64,000 nucleotides of DNA from Candidatus Latescibacterota bacterium (GTDB lineage Bacteria > Latescibacterota > UBA2968). How positions within the stretch are numbered: position 1 is the first letter of the stretch; each line of letters starts with the position of its first letter. This document shows positions 39,025 to 50,330 of this stretch, one piece after another. The stretch covers positions 3,872,001 through 3,936,000 of the forward strand of contig OZ244960.1 of assembly GCA_965222605.1 (NCBI GenBank), written 5' to 3'. The position numbers and the translations under genes are program-made. Under the pieces are notes generated by a model that saw only the letters and a program-made list of their open reading frames with translations, had not been told where the DNA came from and searched no databases.

Positions 39025-40272
39025 CTACACTTCTTGTAGAGATTTGGCGGCAAAAATGGTCAAGCGCAATTCTTCGTCGAACAATTCATAAACAGGCGTT
39101 TGACCGCTGAGGGTCTCGCTTTCGTTTAAGATGATGCCCACGCCTTCGCCCCGTCGTTCCAAAAAATGTCGCCGGATTACTTGTCTGCTCATTGTATCAT
39201 GCAAGGTGATTTCCGAGAGTAAGCGGGCGAGCAATTCATTGCGGGTGGCTTGTGCATAACGCAAATTTTCCACTGTTATGGTGTTTGCCAACGCGCCAGG
39301 CGAATATAGTTCGAGTCTGTCTGAAAACATGAACAACCGAATTTTCGAGCCGATTTTTGAGTAATCTCTGTGTACAACGGCGTTCACCAGGGCTTCAAAA
39401 ACGGCTCGCATGCTGTATTGTGGCCGTTCAATTCTGCCAATGTCTTTGCGTGCTGATACCTCATTGAATTTTTCGACAAATTTGAAGGCGTCTATGATCT
39501 GTTGGTCCAGGGGCCCCTTAAAATCTTTGGCATCGATCTGGTAGTTCGCATCCTTTTCTATCCCTCGATAAAAAACAGCTTGAATGAAACTGTTGTAGAG
39601 GTACTCATCGGGACTGTCATGGCACATTAACACACCTGCGACCGATGCGCGATATTCTCCCCCTTCTTTCACGAGCAAACGCCTTTTGAGTAGCAGGTCT
39701 TCGTCCTCATGGTTGAAGACGCCTGTGGGGATAAATCGCTGATAGAGTTCTCGCCTTAGTGTGTCTTTATTCGTGTTCGGCACGAACTGTTCGTCAAAAG
39801 AGATAATACGCGCCTGTGAACGAGCTTGTAGCAATCTGCCCAATTGCTCTGTTGTCATTTTGCGCCTGGTATCTCCTTGTCGTAAAAAGAATCCGTTGCT
39901 GCTTTGATGTGCCCACAAGCTCCGTGCAATATTGATATAAACCAGTGTTTTTTGTTCTCCCGTCTCATCGGGAACCCGGATACTATCTACGAAATAATCT
40001 ACGAGAGGAGGTTCTACCAGGTCGTGGCATATCTCCGTAATAAAATGAATCAGTCTCGGAACATTTTCGATATCGATACCGAGGATTTCCCGATTATCAG
40101 AAACGCCGAAAATCACGACTCCCCCTTGCTGATTGGCAAAAGCGGCGATCTCATCGGACAGCCCATCCCGATGCGGCCTGAATTGTCCACCAACAAGTTT
40201 TACTTCTTTGAACTCAACACCGGAGCTTTCTCCCGATTCAATTTTTTCCAAAATTTCCTGTTCGCTGAGCAT
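39025..40272 (-). CDS. Schlafen/AlbA_2 domain plus RecG-C/HATPase-like protein
   Basis: GESSGVEFKE, IAAFANQQGG.VIFGVSD, EALVNAVVHRDY, SPGAL, RNELLA, ERRGEGV. Confidence 0.85.
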   Translation of the reverse strand: MLSEQEILEKIESGESSGVEFKEVKLVGGQFRPHRDGLSDEIAAFANQQGGVVIFGVSDNREILGIDIENVPRLIHFITEICHDLVEPPLVDYFVDSIRVPDETGEQKTLVYINIARSLWAHQSSNGFFLRQGDTRRKMTTEQLGRLLQARSQARIISFDEQFVPNTNKDTLRRELYQRFIPTGVFNHEDEDLLLKRRLLVKEGGEYRASVAGVLMCHDSPDEYLYNSFIQAVFYRGIEKDANYQIDAKDFKGPLDQQIIDAFKFVEKFNEVSARKDIGRIERPQYSMRAVFEALVNAVVHRDYSKIGSKIRLFMFSDRLELYSPGALANTITVENLRYAQATRNELLARLLSEITLHDTMSRQVIRRHFLERRGEGVGIILNESETLSGQTPVYELFDEELRLTIFAAKSLQEV

Positions 40273-40365
40273 ATCAATTCTCCAGATGAATACGCTTGTC
40301 ACATGCTCAAACGCCCTCTGACTACCCTTTATAATACTGAATTTCCACTACCGCCAAAGAGGACC

Positions 40366-40830
40366 TTACTTCCCACGTTCATAATATACGATTGTGAATT
40401 GATCGTGTGTCTCTTTTTTTGATATGATCCATTCATCTTCGTCAAATTCGGGGAAGTATTCATCGCCTGCGTATTCACCGTCGATGTACGATAGAATCAT
40501 CCGATCGGCTTTTGATAGCGTGGCGCGATAAATTTCGCCGCCTCCGCAGATAAATACTTCGCGGCTATAGGATCTGGCTTTTTCTATGGCTTCTTCGAGC
40601 GATCTGCACACGTCCACGCCTTTTGTGTCGGGCATGGTGCGGCTTACAATGACATGCGGGCGGCCCGGCAGGGGTTTGCCGCCCCAGGATTCAAAGGTTT
40701 TGCGCCCTACCAGGAGGACGTGTCCAGTGGTGGTGCGCCGAAAGTGCTTCGATTCTTCAGAGATATGCCAGGGCATTTTGTTGTCCCGGCCAATGACGCG
40801 GTTTTTGTCCATTGCAGCGATAATGGTCAT
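40366..40830 (-). CDS. folA: Dihydrofolate reductase
   Basis: IAAMDKNRVIG.DNKMPWH, GRKTFES, PLPGR, ICGGGEIY, GDEYFP. Confidence 0.95.
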   Translation of the reverse strand: MTIIAAMDKNRVIGRDNKMPWHISEESKHFRRTTTGHVLLVGRKTFESWGGKPLPGRPHVIVSRTMPDTKGVDVCRSLEEAIEKARSYSREVFICGGGEIYRATLSKADRMILSYIDGEYAGDEYFPEFDEDEWIISKKETHDQFTIVYYERGK

Positions 40831-40843
40831 TGTTTTTCCTTTT

Positions 40844-40923
40844 AGCGGTCAGCGGTTAGCCCCCAGTCCCCAGCCCCTCTTTACCTCTCGCCTTTCATCT
40901 GCGTTCATCTGTGTTCATCCGTG
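40844..40923. repeat. Short tandem heptamer and decamer repeats
   Basis: AGCGGTC-AGCGGTT-AGCCCCC-AGTCCCC-AGCCCCT, then (TTCATCYGYG)x3. Confidence 0.65.
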
Positions 40924-42291
40924 GTTGCTTTTGATTTTGTGGTTGCTTTCCCCATTTTTTACGGGTGCAATGTCCAATAGGGAATTGGTTTTTACGACTT
41001 GTCCGATTAAATCGTGTTCGGTTGTATCGGTGATTTCGACTTCGACGAAGTCACCGATATTTGCAGGGCCCGTGAAAAATACGGCGCCGTCGATTTCTGG
41101 AGCGTCCATTCGGGTGCGGCCGATGTAGTGATATGCCGGGTCGTCTGAGGCTTCATCTACGAGTACTTTGAAGGTGTGTCCCACGTGCACGGCGTTTAAT
41201 TCGCCCGATATTTGCGCTTGCAATGCCATCAGGTCGTTTAGCCGTTCGCGCTTGATGTCTTCGGGTACGTCGTCTTTTAATGCGCCCGCCTGCGTGCCTT
41301 CTTCGTGTGAATAGGTGAATCCAACGAGGCGGTTGAATTGCATTTCATCGACAAAGTCCATGAGTTCTGCAAAGTGTTCATCGCGTTCGCCGGGAAATCC
41401 GGTGATGATTGATGATCGGATGGTCAAATTTGGTATGCGTTCGCGCAAGGTGTGGACCAGTTTGCGAATGCCCGTCTTTGTGGTGCCCCGGTTCATTGTT
41501 TTTAGTATGGGGTCTGATGCGTGCTGGATGGGCAGGTCTATGTAGGCGCACAATTTTTCTTCGGTCACCAGGAGGTCGATTAACTCATTGCGCCAACCGG
41601 TTGGATAGGCGTATAACATCCGCACCCAGTCGAGTCCTTCGATTTGGATCAGTTCTTTTAGCAGGTCTATTAGCCGGGGTTTGCCGTACAGGTCTGCGCC
41701 GTATCGCATGGTGTCCTGGGCGATGAGGGCGATTTCGCGCACGCCGTTGCCGACCATGCGATAGGCTTCGGCGATGAGGCGGTCCAGGTTTTCACTTTTG
41801 TTTTTTCCGCGAAAACTCGGGATGGCGCAAAATGCACATGTTCTGTCGCATCCGTCCGAGATTCGCAAGTACGCCCAGTGTTTTGGGGTGAGTAGATGAC
41901 GCGCTTCTGCATCTCGAATGGTGTGAATGCGCGATGTGCCCAACAGGGTATCGCAATGCGCGACGATTTCGCGCTCTCCGGCAAGGCCCACGATCAGGTC
42001 TGCTTCGACGAGTTCGGTTTCCAATTCTTTGCGGTATCGCTCGGCCAGGCAGCCCGTGACGATGACGCCGCGACATCGTCCATTTTTTTTGTATTCTGCG
42101 GCGTCCATTACTGTTGCAATGGATTCTTCTTTGGCTGGCTCGATGAATCCGCAGGTATTGACGACGATGATATCGGCGTCTTCCGCGTCGTCCGAGAGGT
42201 CGTAGCCGTTGAGCTTGAGGAGGTGGTGCATGCGCTCGGAATCGACGGTGTTTTTGGGGCAGCCCAGGGTGATGAGGTTGATTGTTGGCAT
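40915..42291 (-). CDS. rimO: Ribosomal protein S12 methylthiotransferase
   Basis: LGCPKNTVDSE, NTCGFIEPAKEES, ISDGCDRTCAFCAIP, APEIDG TRAM domain. Confidence 0.95.
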   Translation of the reverse strand: MPTINLITLGCPKNTVDSERMHHLLKLNGYDLSDDAEDADIIVVNTCGFIEPAKEESIATVMDAAEYKKNGRCRGVIVTGCLAERYRKELETELVEADLIVGLAGEREIVAHCDTLLGTSRIHTIRDAEARHLLTPKHWAYLRISDGCDRTCAFCAIPSFRGKNKSENLDRLIAEAYRMVGNGVREIALIAQDTMRYGADLYGKPRLIDLLKELIQIEGLDWVRMLYAYPTGWRNELIDLLVTEEKLCAYIDLPIQHASDPILKTMNRGTTKTGIRKLVHTLRERIPNLTIRSSIITGFPGERDEHFAELMDFVDEMQFNRLVGFTYSHEEGTQAGALKDDVPEDIKRERLNDLMALQAQISGELNAVHVGHTFKVLVDEASDDPAYHYIGRTRMDAPEIDGAVFFTGPANIGDFVEVEITDTTEHDLIGQVVKTNSLLDIAPVKNGESNHKIKSNHG

Positions 42292-42319
42292 AGTGTATTT
42301 TTGGTTTTATGGTTTAGGT

Positions 42320-43225
42320 TTAATTTTTGGATATGGCTTGTACGCCGAGTTGTGATCCTGTGAGGACCTGGGCTTCGATGCCTGCTTGTGTGTCGCGGGT
42401 CAGGTCGTTGTCAAAGACAATGCGCCCAGGCTCGAACAGGAGTACCAGCGTAGATCCTCCAAATTGGAAATAGCCCTTTTCCTGTCCCCGCTTTACATTG
42501 CCCGGCTGGTATGTTTGGACAATGCGCCCCACGCCCCAGCCCGCTACTTCCATGATCATGATGCGTCCAAAGTGTTCGGTTTCAAGGTATGTCACTTCGC
42601 GCTTGTTGTGGGCAAATAAATCGGGTTTTACGTCGAGGGCAATGGGGTTGACGAGATAGTAGCGTCCAGAAATTTCAGCAGATGCGGTTGCGATGCTGGC
42701 AACGGGAAAATGGTAGCGGTGGTAGTCTGCCGGGGCCAATCGAATGACGAGAGCAGCACCATTTCTATAGGGGATTGCGGATTCTTTTGATGATAGGAGA
42801 TGTGCAATATCGACATGGGAACCTTTGACGGGTAAACGGATTTGTGCATCCAATTTGGGATATGCGAGTACTTTTCCATCGGCGGGTGAACAGAAGATGT
42901 GAGGGTCGGCGATAAAGGGACGTGCGTCGGGTTTGAGTTTGCGCGAGAAGAACGCATTTAAGTTTTCGTATTGTTCCAGAGGCAATTCGATTTCGTCCAG
43001 GTTGATGTCGTATTTTTGCACAAATGCTCGAATTTTCTTTCGCGATCCCGATAGGTCCATCCATTTGCCCAGTAGCCAGCAAAATGGGTATGTGTTCAGG
43101 AGTATGTTGTAAACAAATATCGCGACGCGAGATTGTGCGACAGCATATTGAACGCGGGGCAATATGAGCGGTTCGGAGATCATTTCTCCCGTTTTGCGGT
43201 TGCGATAGGTTATTTGTTCGGTCAT
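42320..43225 (-). CDS. psd: Phosphatidylserine decarboxylase
   Basis: FFSRKLKPDARP, SPADGK, RLAPADYHRYHFP, KGYFQFGGST. Confidence 0.92.
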   Translation of the reverse strand: MTEQITYRNRKTGEMISEPLILPRVQYAVAQSRVAIFVYNILLNTYPFCWLLGKWMDLSGSRKKIRAFVQKYDINLDEIELPLEQYENLNAFFSRKLKPDARPFIADPHIFCSPADGKVLAYPKLDAQIRLPVKGSHVDIAHLLSSKESAIPYRNGAALVIRLAPADYHRYHFPVASIATASAEISGRYYLVNPIALDVKPDLFAHNKREVTYLETEHFGRIMIMEVAGWGVGRIVQTYQPGNVKRGQEKGYFQFGGSTLVLLFEPGRIVFDNDLTRDTQAGIEAQVLTGSQLGVQAISKN

Positions 43226-43245
43226 GAGTGGGGTGTGTCCTAAAG

Positions 43246-43893
43246 CTATGTAAAAGACTTAGTCCAAAATGTTTCTGGCTGGGTTTCAAAGGTTATCGGT
43301 TCTTTTTTTGTCGGATGTGTTATGGTCAGGGCCTGGGCGTGGAGGGCGATGGCGCGGTTGGGAAATGGTTTGCGCGATCCGTACTTATAATCGCCCAATA
43401 CGGGGTGGCCCATGTCTGCGAATTGTACGCGTATTTGATGATGGCGTCCGGTGGCGAGGTTCACGCGCACTGAGGATACTCCGTTGCGGTATGCCAATCG
43501 CTCGTAAGAGAGTTCTGCGCGTTGTCCCTGAGGGGCGTTTACGATGCGGCTTTTTGTCTGCCGCCGCGCGATGTAGTTTACAAGACAGCCCTTTTCGGGG
43601 GTTTTGCCATGAACGAGAGCTAAATAGCGTTTTTCAACGGTTCGCTCTCGAAATTGTTGTGATAAGCGGCGCGCTGATGTTGATGTGCGCGCAAAGACTA
43701 CCACGCCTGATACGGGACGGTCCAATCGGTGTACGAGTCCGAGAAATACGTTGCCGGGTTTGTTGAATTTGACTTTGAGATAGGCTTTGCCTATGTCCAG
43801 CAAGTTTTTGTCGCCGGTGTGGTTGCCCTGTACGAGTATGCCAGCGGGTTTGCGTACGACCAGCAGGTGATTGTCGAGGTAGAGGATGTCCAT
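43246..43893 (-). CDS. RluA-family RNA pseudouridine synthase
   Basis: KPAG, VHRLDRPVSG, TGRHHQIRVQ, GDYKYG, LHA. Confidence 0.92.
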   Translation of the reverse strand: MDILYLDNHLLVVRKPAGILVQGNHTGDKNLLDIGKAYLKVKFNKPGNVFLGLVHRLDRPVSGVVVFARTSTSARRLSQQFRERTVEKRYLALVHGKTPEKGCLVNYIARRQTKSRIVNAPQGQRAELSYERLAYRNGVSSVRVNLATGRHHQIRVQFADMGHPVLGDYKYGSRKPFPNRAIALHAQALTITHPTKKEPITFETQPETFWTKSFT

Positions 43894-44016
43894 TGTGACT
43901 GAAATTTACATGCTAAAGAGGAAAAGCGCAACTGATGTGGACATTTTGCGGTTGACCGCTGGGGGTGAATGGGATAGCTTGCAGCGGTTGGTGGATGGTG
44001 GTTTAGCGTCTGATAT

Positions 44017-44043
44017 GTAGGGGCGGTGCCCCTGTGCCCGCCC
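44017..44043 (+). repeat. GTAG-type REP element
   Basis: Identical to the copy at 34927-34953. Confidence 0.8.
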
Positions 44044-44065
44044 GTGCTTCTTGTGAGAGATCGAA

Positions 44066-45499
44066 ATGAAAAAACTTTTTGTTCTGCTCGTGATAGTTAG
44101 TGCGCCTCTCGGTGCGGATGAGGGTCTCCATCAATCAGCGATTGATGCGATGGTTATGGCGACGCGCTATTTTCGCACCGATGTTGCGACAAATGGCGGT
44201 TATTTGTGGCGCTACAAGACCGATTTTTCTATGCGCGAAGGCGAAGGCACGGCGTCACCTACGACGATTTGGGTGCAGCCTCCCGGTACGCCTGCTGTGG
44301 GTATGGCATTTCTGGAAGCTTATGAGGCTACGGGCGATACGCTGTTTCTCAATGGTGCTGTTGAGGCGGCGCGCGCGCTTGTATGGGGACAACTCGCTTC
44401 GGGCGGTTGGGATTATCGCATTGATTTTGATGCCGAGCAAAGCAAGCGCTGGCATTATCGGCGCGATGTCGAACGGGGCGATGTCGATACGGGCGGTCGT
44501 CGCAATCGCACGACGCTTGACGACAATAATACGCAGAGTGCGTTGCAATTGCTGATGCGCGTCGATAAGGTGCAAAATTTTGTGGATGGGGAAATTCACG
44601 CGGCGGTACAATTTGGCCTCAATGCGCTTCTCAAAGTGCAGTATCCAAATGGCGCGTGGCCGCAGCGGTTTGAGGTTTTTCCCGATCCGGAAAATTTTTC
44701 GGTGAAGAAGGCGCGTTATCCCAAAACGTGGTCGCGAACCCATCCCGATACGCGCTATTTGGATTATTATACGTTTAATGATAATGCGATTGCCGATGTG
44801 GTCGAGACGATGGTTGAGGCGTACGATATTTATGGGGATGTCCGCTATATCGATGCGGCTAAGCGCGGTGGCGATTTTATTATTTTGGCGCAGATGCCCG
44901 AGCCACAGCCCGCGTGGGCGCAGCAGTACAATTTGGATATGGAGCCGACCTGGGCGCGTCGTTTTGAGCCTCCTGCTGTTACGGGTGGGGAGAGTTTTGG
45001 GGTTTTGCAGATGCTTTTAGATTTGTATGTGGCGACGGGCGAGGACCGTTTTCTCGATCCGATTCCCAGTGCTCTCGATTGGGCCAAACGCTCGCGTTTG
45101 CCCGATGGTCGTCTGGCGCGGTTTTACGAGCTTCAGACGAATCGGCCGCTGTATTTTACCCGCGATTATGTGCTTACTTATGACGATTCAGATATGCCTA
45201 CGCATTATGCGTTTAAGGTGGGGGGTAGTCGGATTGAGAGGATTGAGGTTCTGTACAATCGCGTCAGGGCAGAGGGGCGCGAGAAGATTCTGTCTGAGCG
45301 CGGGCGCATTACCAGTCCGGGTGCCGACCGCGTGAAAGAAATTATTGACACGCTTGATGACCAGGGTCGCTGGGTGGAGCGCGGGTTGTTGAGGAATCCA
45401 GAGAATCGGCGCGAGCGCATTGATGCCGAGGTTCTCTCGTGCCGCACGTTTATTCGGAATCTTAGATTGCTGGCGCATTATGTAAGAGGTGAGAAGTGA
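44066..45499 (+). CDS. Secreted PL10-like pectate lyase family protein
   Basis: Signal peptide, Q..SGGW, TLDDNNTQ, QYPNGAWPQ, TFNDNA, WAQQY...P.WARRFEP. Confidence 0.8.
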   Translation: MKKLFVLLVIVSAPLGADEGLHQSAIDAMVMATRYFRTDVATNGGYLWRYKTDFSMREGEGTASPTTIWVQPPGTPAVGMAFLEAYEATGDTLFLNGAVEAARALVWGQLASGGWDYRIDFDAEQSKRWHYRRDVERGDVDTGGRRNRTTLDDNNTQSALQLLMRVDKVQNFVDGEIHAAVQFGLNALLKVQYPNGAWPQRFEVFPDPENFSVKKARYPKTWSRTHPDTRYLDYYTFNDNAIADVVETMVEAYDIYGDVRYIDAAKRGGDFIILAQMPEPQPAWAQQYNLDMEPTWARRFEPPAVTGGESFGVLQMLLDLYVATGEDRFLDPIPSALDWAKRSRLPDGRLARFYELQTNRPLYFTRDYVLTYDDSDMPTHYAFKVGGSRIERIEVLYNRVRAEGREKILSERGRITSPGADRVKEIIDTLDDQGRWVERGLLRNPENRRERIDAEVLSCRTFIRNLRLLAHYVRGEK

Positions 45500-45523
45500 A
45501 TGCGATACAAATGAGGAGATGTT

Positions 45524-46444
45524 ATGCCCGAACTCGAGACGCGACGTCTTGGTCGCACTGAACTTACACCTAAAGCGATTGGTCTTGGTTGTGCCTTTCT
45601 CGGCAGTCCGCAGCGCGTTTCTGACGATGAGGGGATTGCGACTGTGCGGGAGGCGATTGATCGGGGGATTAATTTTGTCGATACGTCTGCTGCTTATGGC
45701 GGGGGCGAGAGTGAGCGGCGCGTGGGTCTCGCGCTTCAAGGGGGATACCGGGAGAAGGTTTATTTGCAGACCAAGGCGGGTACCCATCCGGATCGACGAC
45801 ACGATTTTTCGGCTAAGTCCATCCGCTGGACGGTTGAGAATAGTCTGAGACAACTCAAGACGGATTATATTGATGCGGTGCTTATCCACGATCCGAAGGA
45901 TATAGAAGAGGCTTATTCACCGGGATATGCTTCGGATGAGCTTTTGAAGATGAGAGACGAGGGCCTGATCGGATATACGGGTGTTGGCTGTCGCTCGCAC
46001 GATTTTCACCGCTACGCGATTGAGACGGGGGTTTGCGATATTGTTATTACGTTTCTCGATTATACACTGCTGAGTCAAACGGCTGCGGAGACGACTATCC
46101 CGGTTGCGCTTGAGCACAATGTTGGTATTATTCTGGCGAGTGTGCAGGGTATGGGCGTTCTGGCAGGTCCTAGGCCCGATGTCGAACTGTCTGGTCGCCG
46201 GTATCCGGGGCAGGGCGACCGCGCCGTTGCGATGTGGGAATGGTGCAATGCACGCGGGATTAGTATTCGCCGCTTTGCTCTGCAATTTTGTCTGGCCGCA
46301 CCCTTAAATGGCAATGGTATGCTTCTGGTGGGACCGGCTTCTCCCCGCGAACTCGACGAGGTTCTCTCCGATGCCACTGCCGATGTCGATGTCGATCTCT
46401 GGGGGGAATTTGAGAGGGCGTTTGGTGTGGGGTTGGAAGTGTGA
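45524..46444 (+). CDS. Aldo/keto reductase
   Basis: LGRTEL, GIN.VDTSAAYG.GESE, VENSLRQLKTDYID..LIHD. Confidence 0.9.
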   Translation: MPELETRRLGRTELTPKAIGLGCAFLGSPQRVSDDEGIATVREAIDRGINFVDTSAAYGGGESERRVGLALQGGYREKVYLQTKAGTHPDRRHDFSAKSIRWTVENSLRQLKTDYIDAVLIHDPKDIEEAYSPGYASDELLKMRDEGLIGYTGVGCRSHDFHRYAIETGVCDIVITFLDYTLLSQTAAETTIPVALEHNVGIILASVQGMGVLAGPRPDVELSGRRYPGQGDRAVAMWEWCNARGISIRRFALQFCLAAPLNGNGMLLVGPASPRELDEVLSDATADVDVDLWGEFERAFGVGLEV

Positions 46445-46471
46445 AGTATGATCAGCCCCATCAATAGCGAC

Positions 46472-46600
46472 GTCATTGCGGCATGGTTTTAGCCGCAATC
46501 CAGCGGAATTAAAGAAATAACTCAACCTTACGAGCCAATTCCAGCCATCAGCCGCAACCTTACATAACGCTTGAGTAGGGGCGACCCCCTGTGGTCGCCC
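46472..46600 (+). repeat. GTCAT-type palindrome (46472-46503) and GTAG REP (46575-46600) at the left edge of the defence island
   Basis: GTCATTGCGGCATGGTTTTAGCCGCAATCCAG; GTAGGGGCGACCCCCTGTGGTCGCCC. Confidence 0.75.
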
Positions 46601-46714
46601 TGTTTTTATGACTGTTGCTGACGACCCATAATGTTATGCTGATGGATCAGCAGTTGTTGCGCTGGGACGAAATGTGGGTGGCAGAAAGGGATGGGCTCGG
46701 ATCGTGGAGCAAAC

Positions 46715-49700
46715 ATGAAAATTGCAAATATTAACTTTCCCAAACCTCTATTAAACGCTTTGCGCAACGGCGAACTGGTGGTTTTCGCTGGAGCTGGTGT
46801 TTCGATGGGTGAGCCGACTTGCCTTCCGAGCTTTGAAGACTTAGCGAATAGGATCGCACAAGGAACTGGTAAAACTCGGCAAGAGGGAGAACCGATAGAT
46901 CGTTTCCTCGGACGATTGCAACATAATGGGGTAAATGTTCATGTCCGTGCCGCAAGGGAACTATCTCTACCAGGTCTGAAAGCTACTGAGCTGCATAAGA
47001 ATCTTCTAAGGCTTTATTCCAAAGCCGAACAGGTTCGCGTCGTTACCACCAATTTCGACCTTTTGTTCGAGCAGGCAGCAGAAGGTGTTTTTAACAATAG
47101 CCAGCCCAATGTGTTTCGGGCACCCGCATTGCCCTTGGGGCATCAGTTCAACGGCATCGTCCACGTCCACGGCGCAGTCAGCCATGCCGGCGAGATGGTA
47201 ATTACGGACGCAGATTTTGGTCGCGCCTATCTGACTGAGGGATGGGCACGGCGTTTTCTCGTCGATTTATTTCCTTCTTTCACAGTGCTTTTCGTCGGCT
47301 ATAGCCACGATGATACCATTATGAATTATCTGGCGCGTGCCTTGCCGGTAGGCGAGGCTGACCAGCGTTTTGTTTTAATCGGTGAAACGGACAATGACGC
47401 AGACCGTTGGCGTTTACTCGGGATCGAACCTATCAGCTATCCGCAGCCAAACGAGCACGATTACAGCGCACTATACGAGGGTGTCCGCTGTATAGCCAAA
47501 CATGTCAGGCGCAGTGTCCTCGACTGGCAAAGCGAGATTACTGCTATAGCAAAAAGTCCGCCGCCTCTTGACGAGGAAACAGCAGATATCATTGAGGATG
47601 CACTTGGGGATGCAACACGGACCCGATTCTTCACAAAAGCGGCGTCAGATCCTGACTGGGTTGATTGGCTCGACAAGCGCGGGCTTCTAAAAGCACTATT
47701 TGGGGACGGTACGCTTAACGATCGGGATCGAGACTTGTCATGGTGGCTGACCGATCGCTTCGCCTATGACCATGCTTATAAGCTGTTTCTATTGATTGGC
47801 AAGCACAATATGCGTCTGAATCCGCATTTCTGGGATGCTCTGGGTTGGAAAATCGGAAGAGATAAAGAAACTTCGCTGGATAAGGATATTTTATCCCGCT
47901 GGATTTCACTTTTGCTTGACACCGCTCCGATGCATGAAAACACTGATGATCTACTACATCAGATTGGAGAATGTTGCATTAAGCACGAAATGTTAGATAG
48001 TCTATTACAGATTTTCGATACTATGGCGGATAGCCGCCTACTGATCGAGGAGGGCTTCAAGTGGCCTGATGAGGAGGACGATAATGAGTGTCCGCCCGTT
48101 GATGTGGAATTGCCGCTGATAGGTGATCACTTCGAATTAGAAAGACTGTGGACGCACGGTCTGAAGCCAGAATTATCTCAAGTAGCCGAACCTTTACTTG
48201 AGAGGGTTACCAGGCGTCTGGAAGAACGATATTTCACATTGTACGCATGGCAAAAGGCAAATCGCGAGTGGGAAAGCGAGAGCTATAGTCGCTCGGCTAT
48301 TGAGCCGCATGAGCAGGACGTGATTCCTAAAGCGGTTGATGTGTTAATTGATGTAGCCCGCGACTGTCTTGAATGGCTGGCCTCAAATCAGGTAGAAACG
48401 GCGGCACAATGGTGCGACCGACTTGTGAGTTCAGATGCGCCACTGCTGCGCCGCTTGGCGGTGTATGGGATATCCAAACGCAAAGACATGACCGCAGACG
48501 ACAAAGTTGATTGGTTGCTAAAACATATAGGGCTACACGATTGGTGTGCTCACCACGAAATATTTCGAGCAGTAAGAAAAGTTTATCCCGATGCCAGTTC
48601 GCAATATCGAGAATCCCTCATTAAGGCTGTATGGGCCTATCGCTGGCGGAATGATGAGGACACTAAAAGAGAAAGGCGTACCGCCTATAAGCATTTCGCA
48701 TGGTTTGACTGGCTCCATAAATCAGACCCTAACTGTGCCCTGGCCAAGCAAGCCTTGGACAAGGTGTTAGAGAAGTATCCACAATTCGAGTCAAGCGAAC
48801 ATCCAGACCTGACGCGTTGGTTTGGGTCAGGCCCGGTATACATAGAAAGTCCCTGGACTATTGAAGAATTGCTGGCAAAGCCGGCCGCTGATTGGCTTGA
48901 CGATTTGTTGTCATTCCAAGGTTCGGAATGGGATGGCCCCAGCCGTAGCGGACTCATGGGTAACGTCGCAGAAGCAGTGAAACAGAATTTTGACTGGGGT
49001 CTTGAATTGGCCGATACATTAGCTAGGTCTGGAGAGTGGGATGTTGATCTCTGGTCGGTCTTGATACGGTCCTGGTCAGAAATGGTGTTGGATGAAAACA
49101 AGCATAGTAAAGTGCTCCACTGGCTCGGCAAGACCAATTTATACCCGGAATATAACCATCTGATCGCCGATACGCTTTACACGCTGGTGAAAGGAGGCAG
49201 CACCACCTATGCCTTGAATTTACTCCCACAGGCTAACAAGATTGCTACGGCTTTGTGGCATTATCTTGATTGCAATGGGGAGGAAAAGAACGACTGGCTA
49301 CACCAGGCCATCAATCACCCTGCGGGGATCCTTACCCAATTTTGGGTGTTGGGATTTTCGCTCTGGCGCAAGCAACAAGATCCCGAGCCAACGGTCCTGA
49401 GTGATGAGTATCGCCTGGTACTGTCGGACATCGTGCAGGACCAGAAGCTACCGGGCAAGTTCGGGCGGACGGTTCTTGCAAGTCACTTTGCATTTCTCCT
49501 GGCTGTTGATGAGGAATGGACACGAGAAAATCTGCTCCCGCTTTTTGATCCGGACAATAGTGATTTCCAAGAAGCATGGGATGGCTTTCTCTCCTGGGGG
49601 AACCTTAATCCGGCTGTAGCTGAGGTTATGGCTGATCTTTTTCTCAAAGCTCTTGAGCGGATCGACAGCGACCTATCCCATCAATGCAGGCAGTTTATCG

Positions 49701-50236
49701 AATACTATACCTACATGCTTGTATATTTCGTTGAAGACCCTATCGATCAGTGGATTCCCAAACTTTTTAAATATGGCAGTCAAGATGACAGACAAGACTT
49801 TGCATACAATCTGAACCGCTATTTGCAAGACATGGATGAAGTTGCACAACAGGAATTATGGCAACGTTGGCTCAAGCAATATTGGGAGAAGCGCTTGCAA
49901 GGTGTGCCGGCGGTTCTTGAGCCGGGCGAGATCGAAAATATGCTTAAATGGATACCGTCCTTGATAGCGGTATTTCCTGAAGCCGTTGATTTAGCAGTCC
50001 AGATGCCCAAGGATGTCCCTTTGCGGCATTTCCGCCGGGTGATAAACGACCTCAATGAAAGCCATCTATTGGAGCATTATCCCGAAGCGATAGCTAAATT
50101 GTTGATTTATTTGTGGGAATGCGATCCACCGAAATATACATGGGTTTCAGGGCGGGAACTCATCGATAAGCTTCTTAAACAAGACATCTCATCGGAACGT
50201 AAGCAGGCACTGAAGGAAATAAAAATTCAACTATAG
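46715..50236 (+). CDS. Defence-associated sirtuin, Dsr1-like (SIR2 plus long helical DUF4020-like region)
   Basis: [41 protein letters not shown]; about 1170 aa. Confidence 0.82.
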   Translation: MKIANINFPKPLLNALRNGELVVFAGAGVSMGEPTCLPSFEDLANRIAQGTGKTRQEGEPIDRFLGRLQHNGVNVHVRAARELSLPGLKATELHKNLLRLYSKAEQVRVVTTNFDLLFEQAAEGVFNNSQPNVFRAPALPLGHQFNGIVHVHGAVSHAGEMVITDADFGRAYLTEGWARRFLVDLFPSFTVLFVGYSHDDTIMNYLARALPVGEADQRFVLIGETDNDADRWRLLGIEPISYPQPNEHDYSALYEGVRCIAKHVRRSVLDWQSEITAIAKSPPPLDEETADIIEDALGDATRTRFFTKAASDPDWVDWLDKRGLLKALFGDGTLNDRDRDLSWWLTDRFAYDHAYKLFLLIGKHNMRLNPHFWDALGWKIGRDKETSLDKDILSRWISLLLDTAPMHENTDDLLHQIGECCIKHEMLDSLLQIFDTMADSRLLIEEGFKWPDEEDDNECPPVDVELPLIGDHFELERLWTHGLKPELSQVAEPLLERVTRRLEERYFTLYAWQKANREWESESYSRSAIEPHEQDVIPKAVDVLIDVARDCLEWLASNQVETAAQWCDRLVSSDAPLLRRLAVYGISKRKDMTADDKVDWLLKHIGLHDWCAHHEIFRAVRKVYPDASSQYRESLIKAVWAYRWRNDEDTKRERRTAYKHFAWFDWLHKSDPNCALAKQALDKVLEKYPQFESSEHPDLTRWFGSGPVYIESPWTIEELLAKPAADWLDDLLSFQGSEWDGPSRSGLMGNVAEAVKQNFDWGLELADTLARSGEWDVDLWSVLIRSWSEMVLDENKHSKVLHWLGKTNLYPEYNHLIADTLYTLVKGGSTTYALNLLPQANKIATALWHYLDCNGEEKNDWLHQAINHPAGILTQFWVLGFSLWRKQQDPEPTVLSDEYRLVLSDIVQDQKLPGKFGRTVLASHFAFLLAVDEEWTRENLLPLFDPDNSDFQEAWDGFLSWGNLNPAVAEVMADLFLKALERIDSDLSHQCRQFIEYYTYMLVYFVEDPIDQWIPKLFKYGSQDDRQDFAYNLNRYLQDMDEVAQQELWQRWLKQYWEKRLQGVPAVLEPGEIENMLKWIPSLIAVFPEAVDLAVQMPKDVPLRHFRRVINDLNESHLLEHYPEAIAKLLIYLWECDPPKYTWVSGRELIDKLLKQDISSERKQALKEIKIQL

Positions 50237-50330
50237 CTATGGAATTTTCCCCCTTGATAGTCAAACGTTTTTTATATTTTCAATTATCTATCGCCAAGCC
50301 ACAACTTGAATTAAGATAAAAGGGTTTTAA

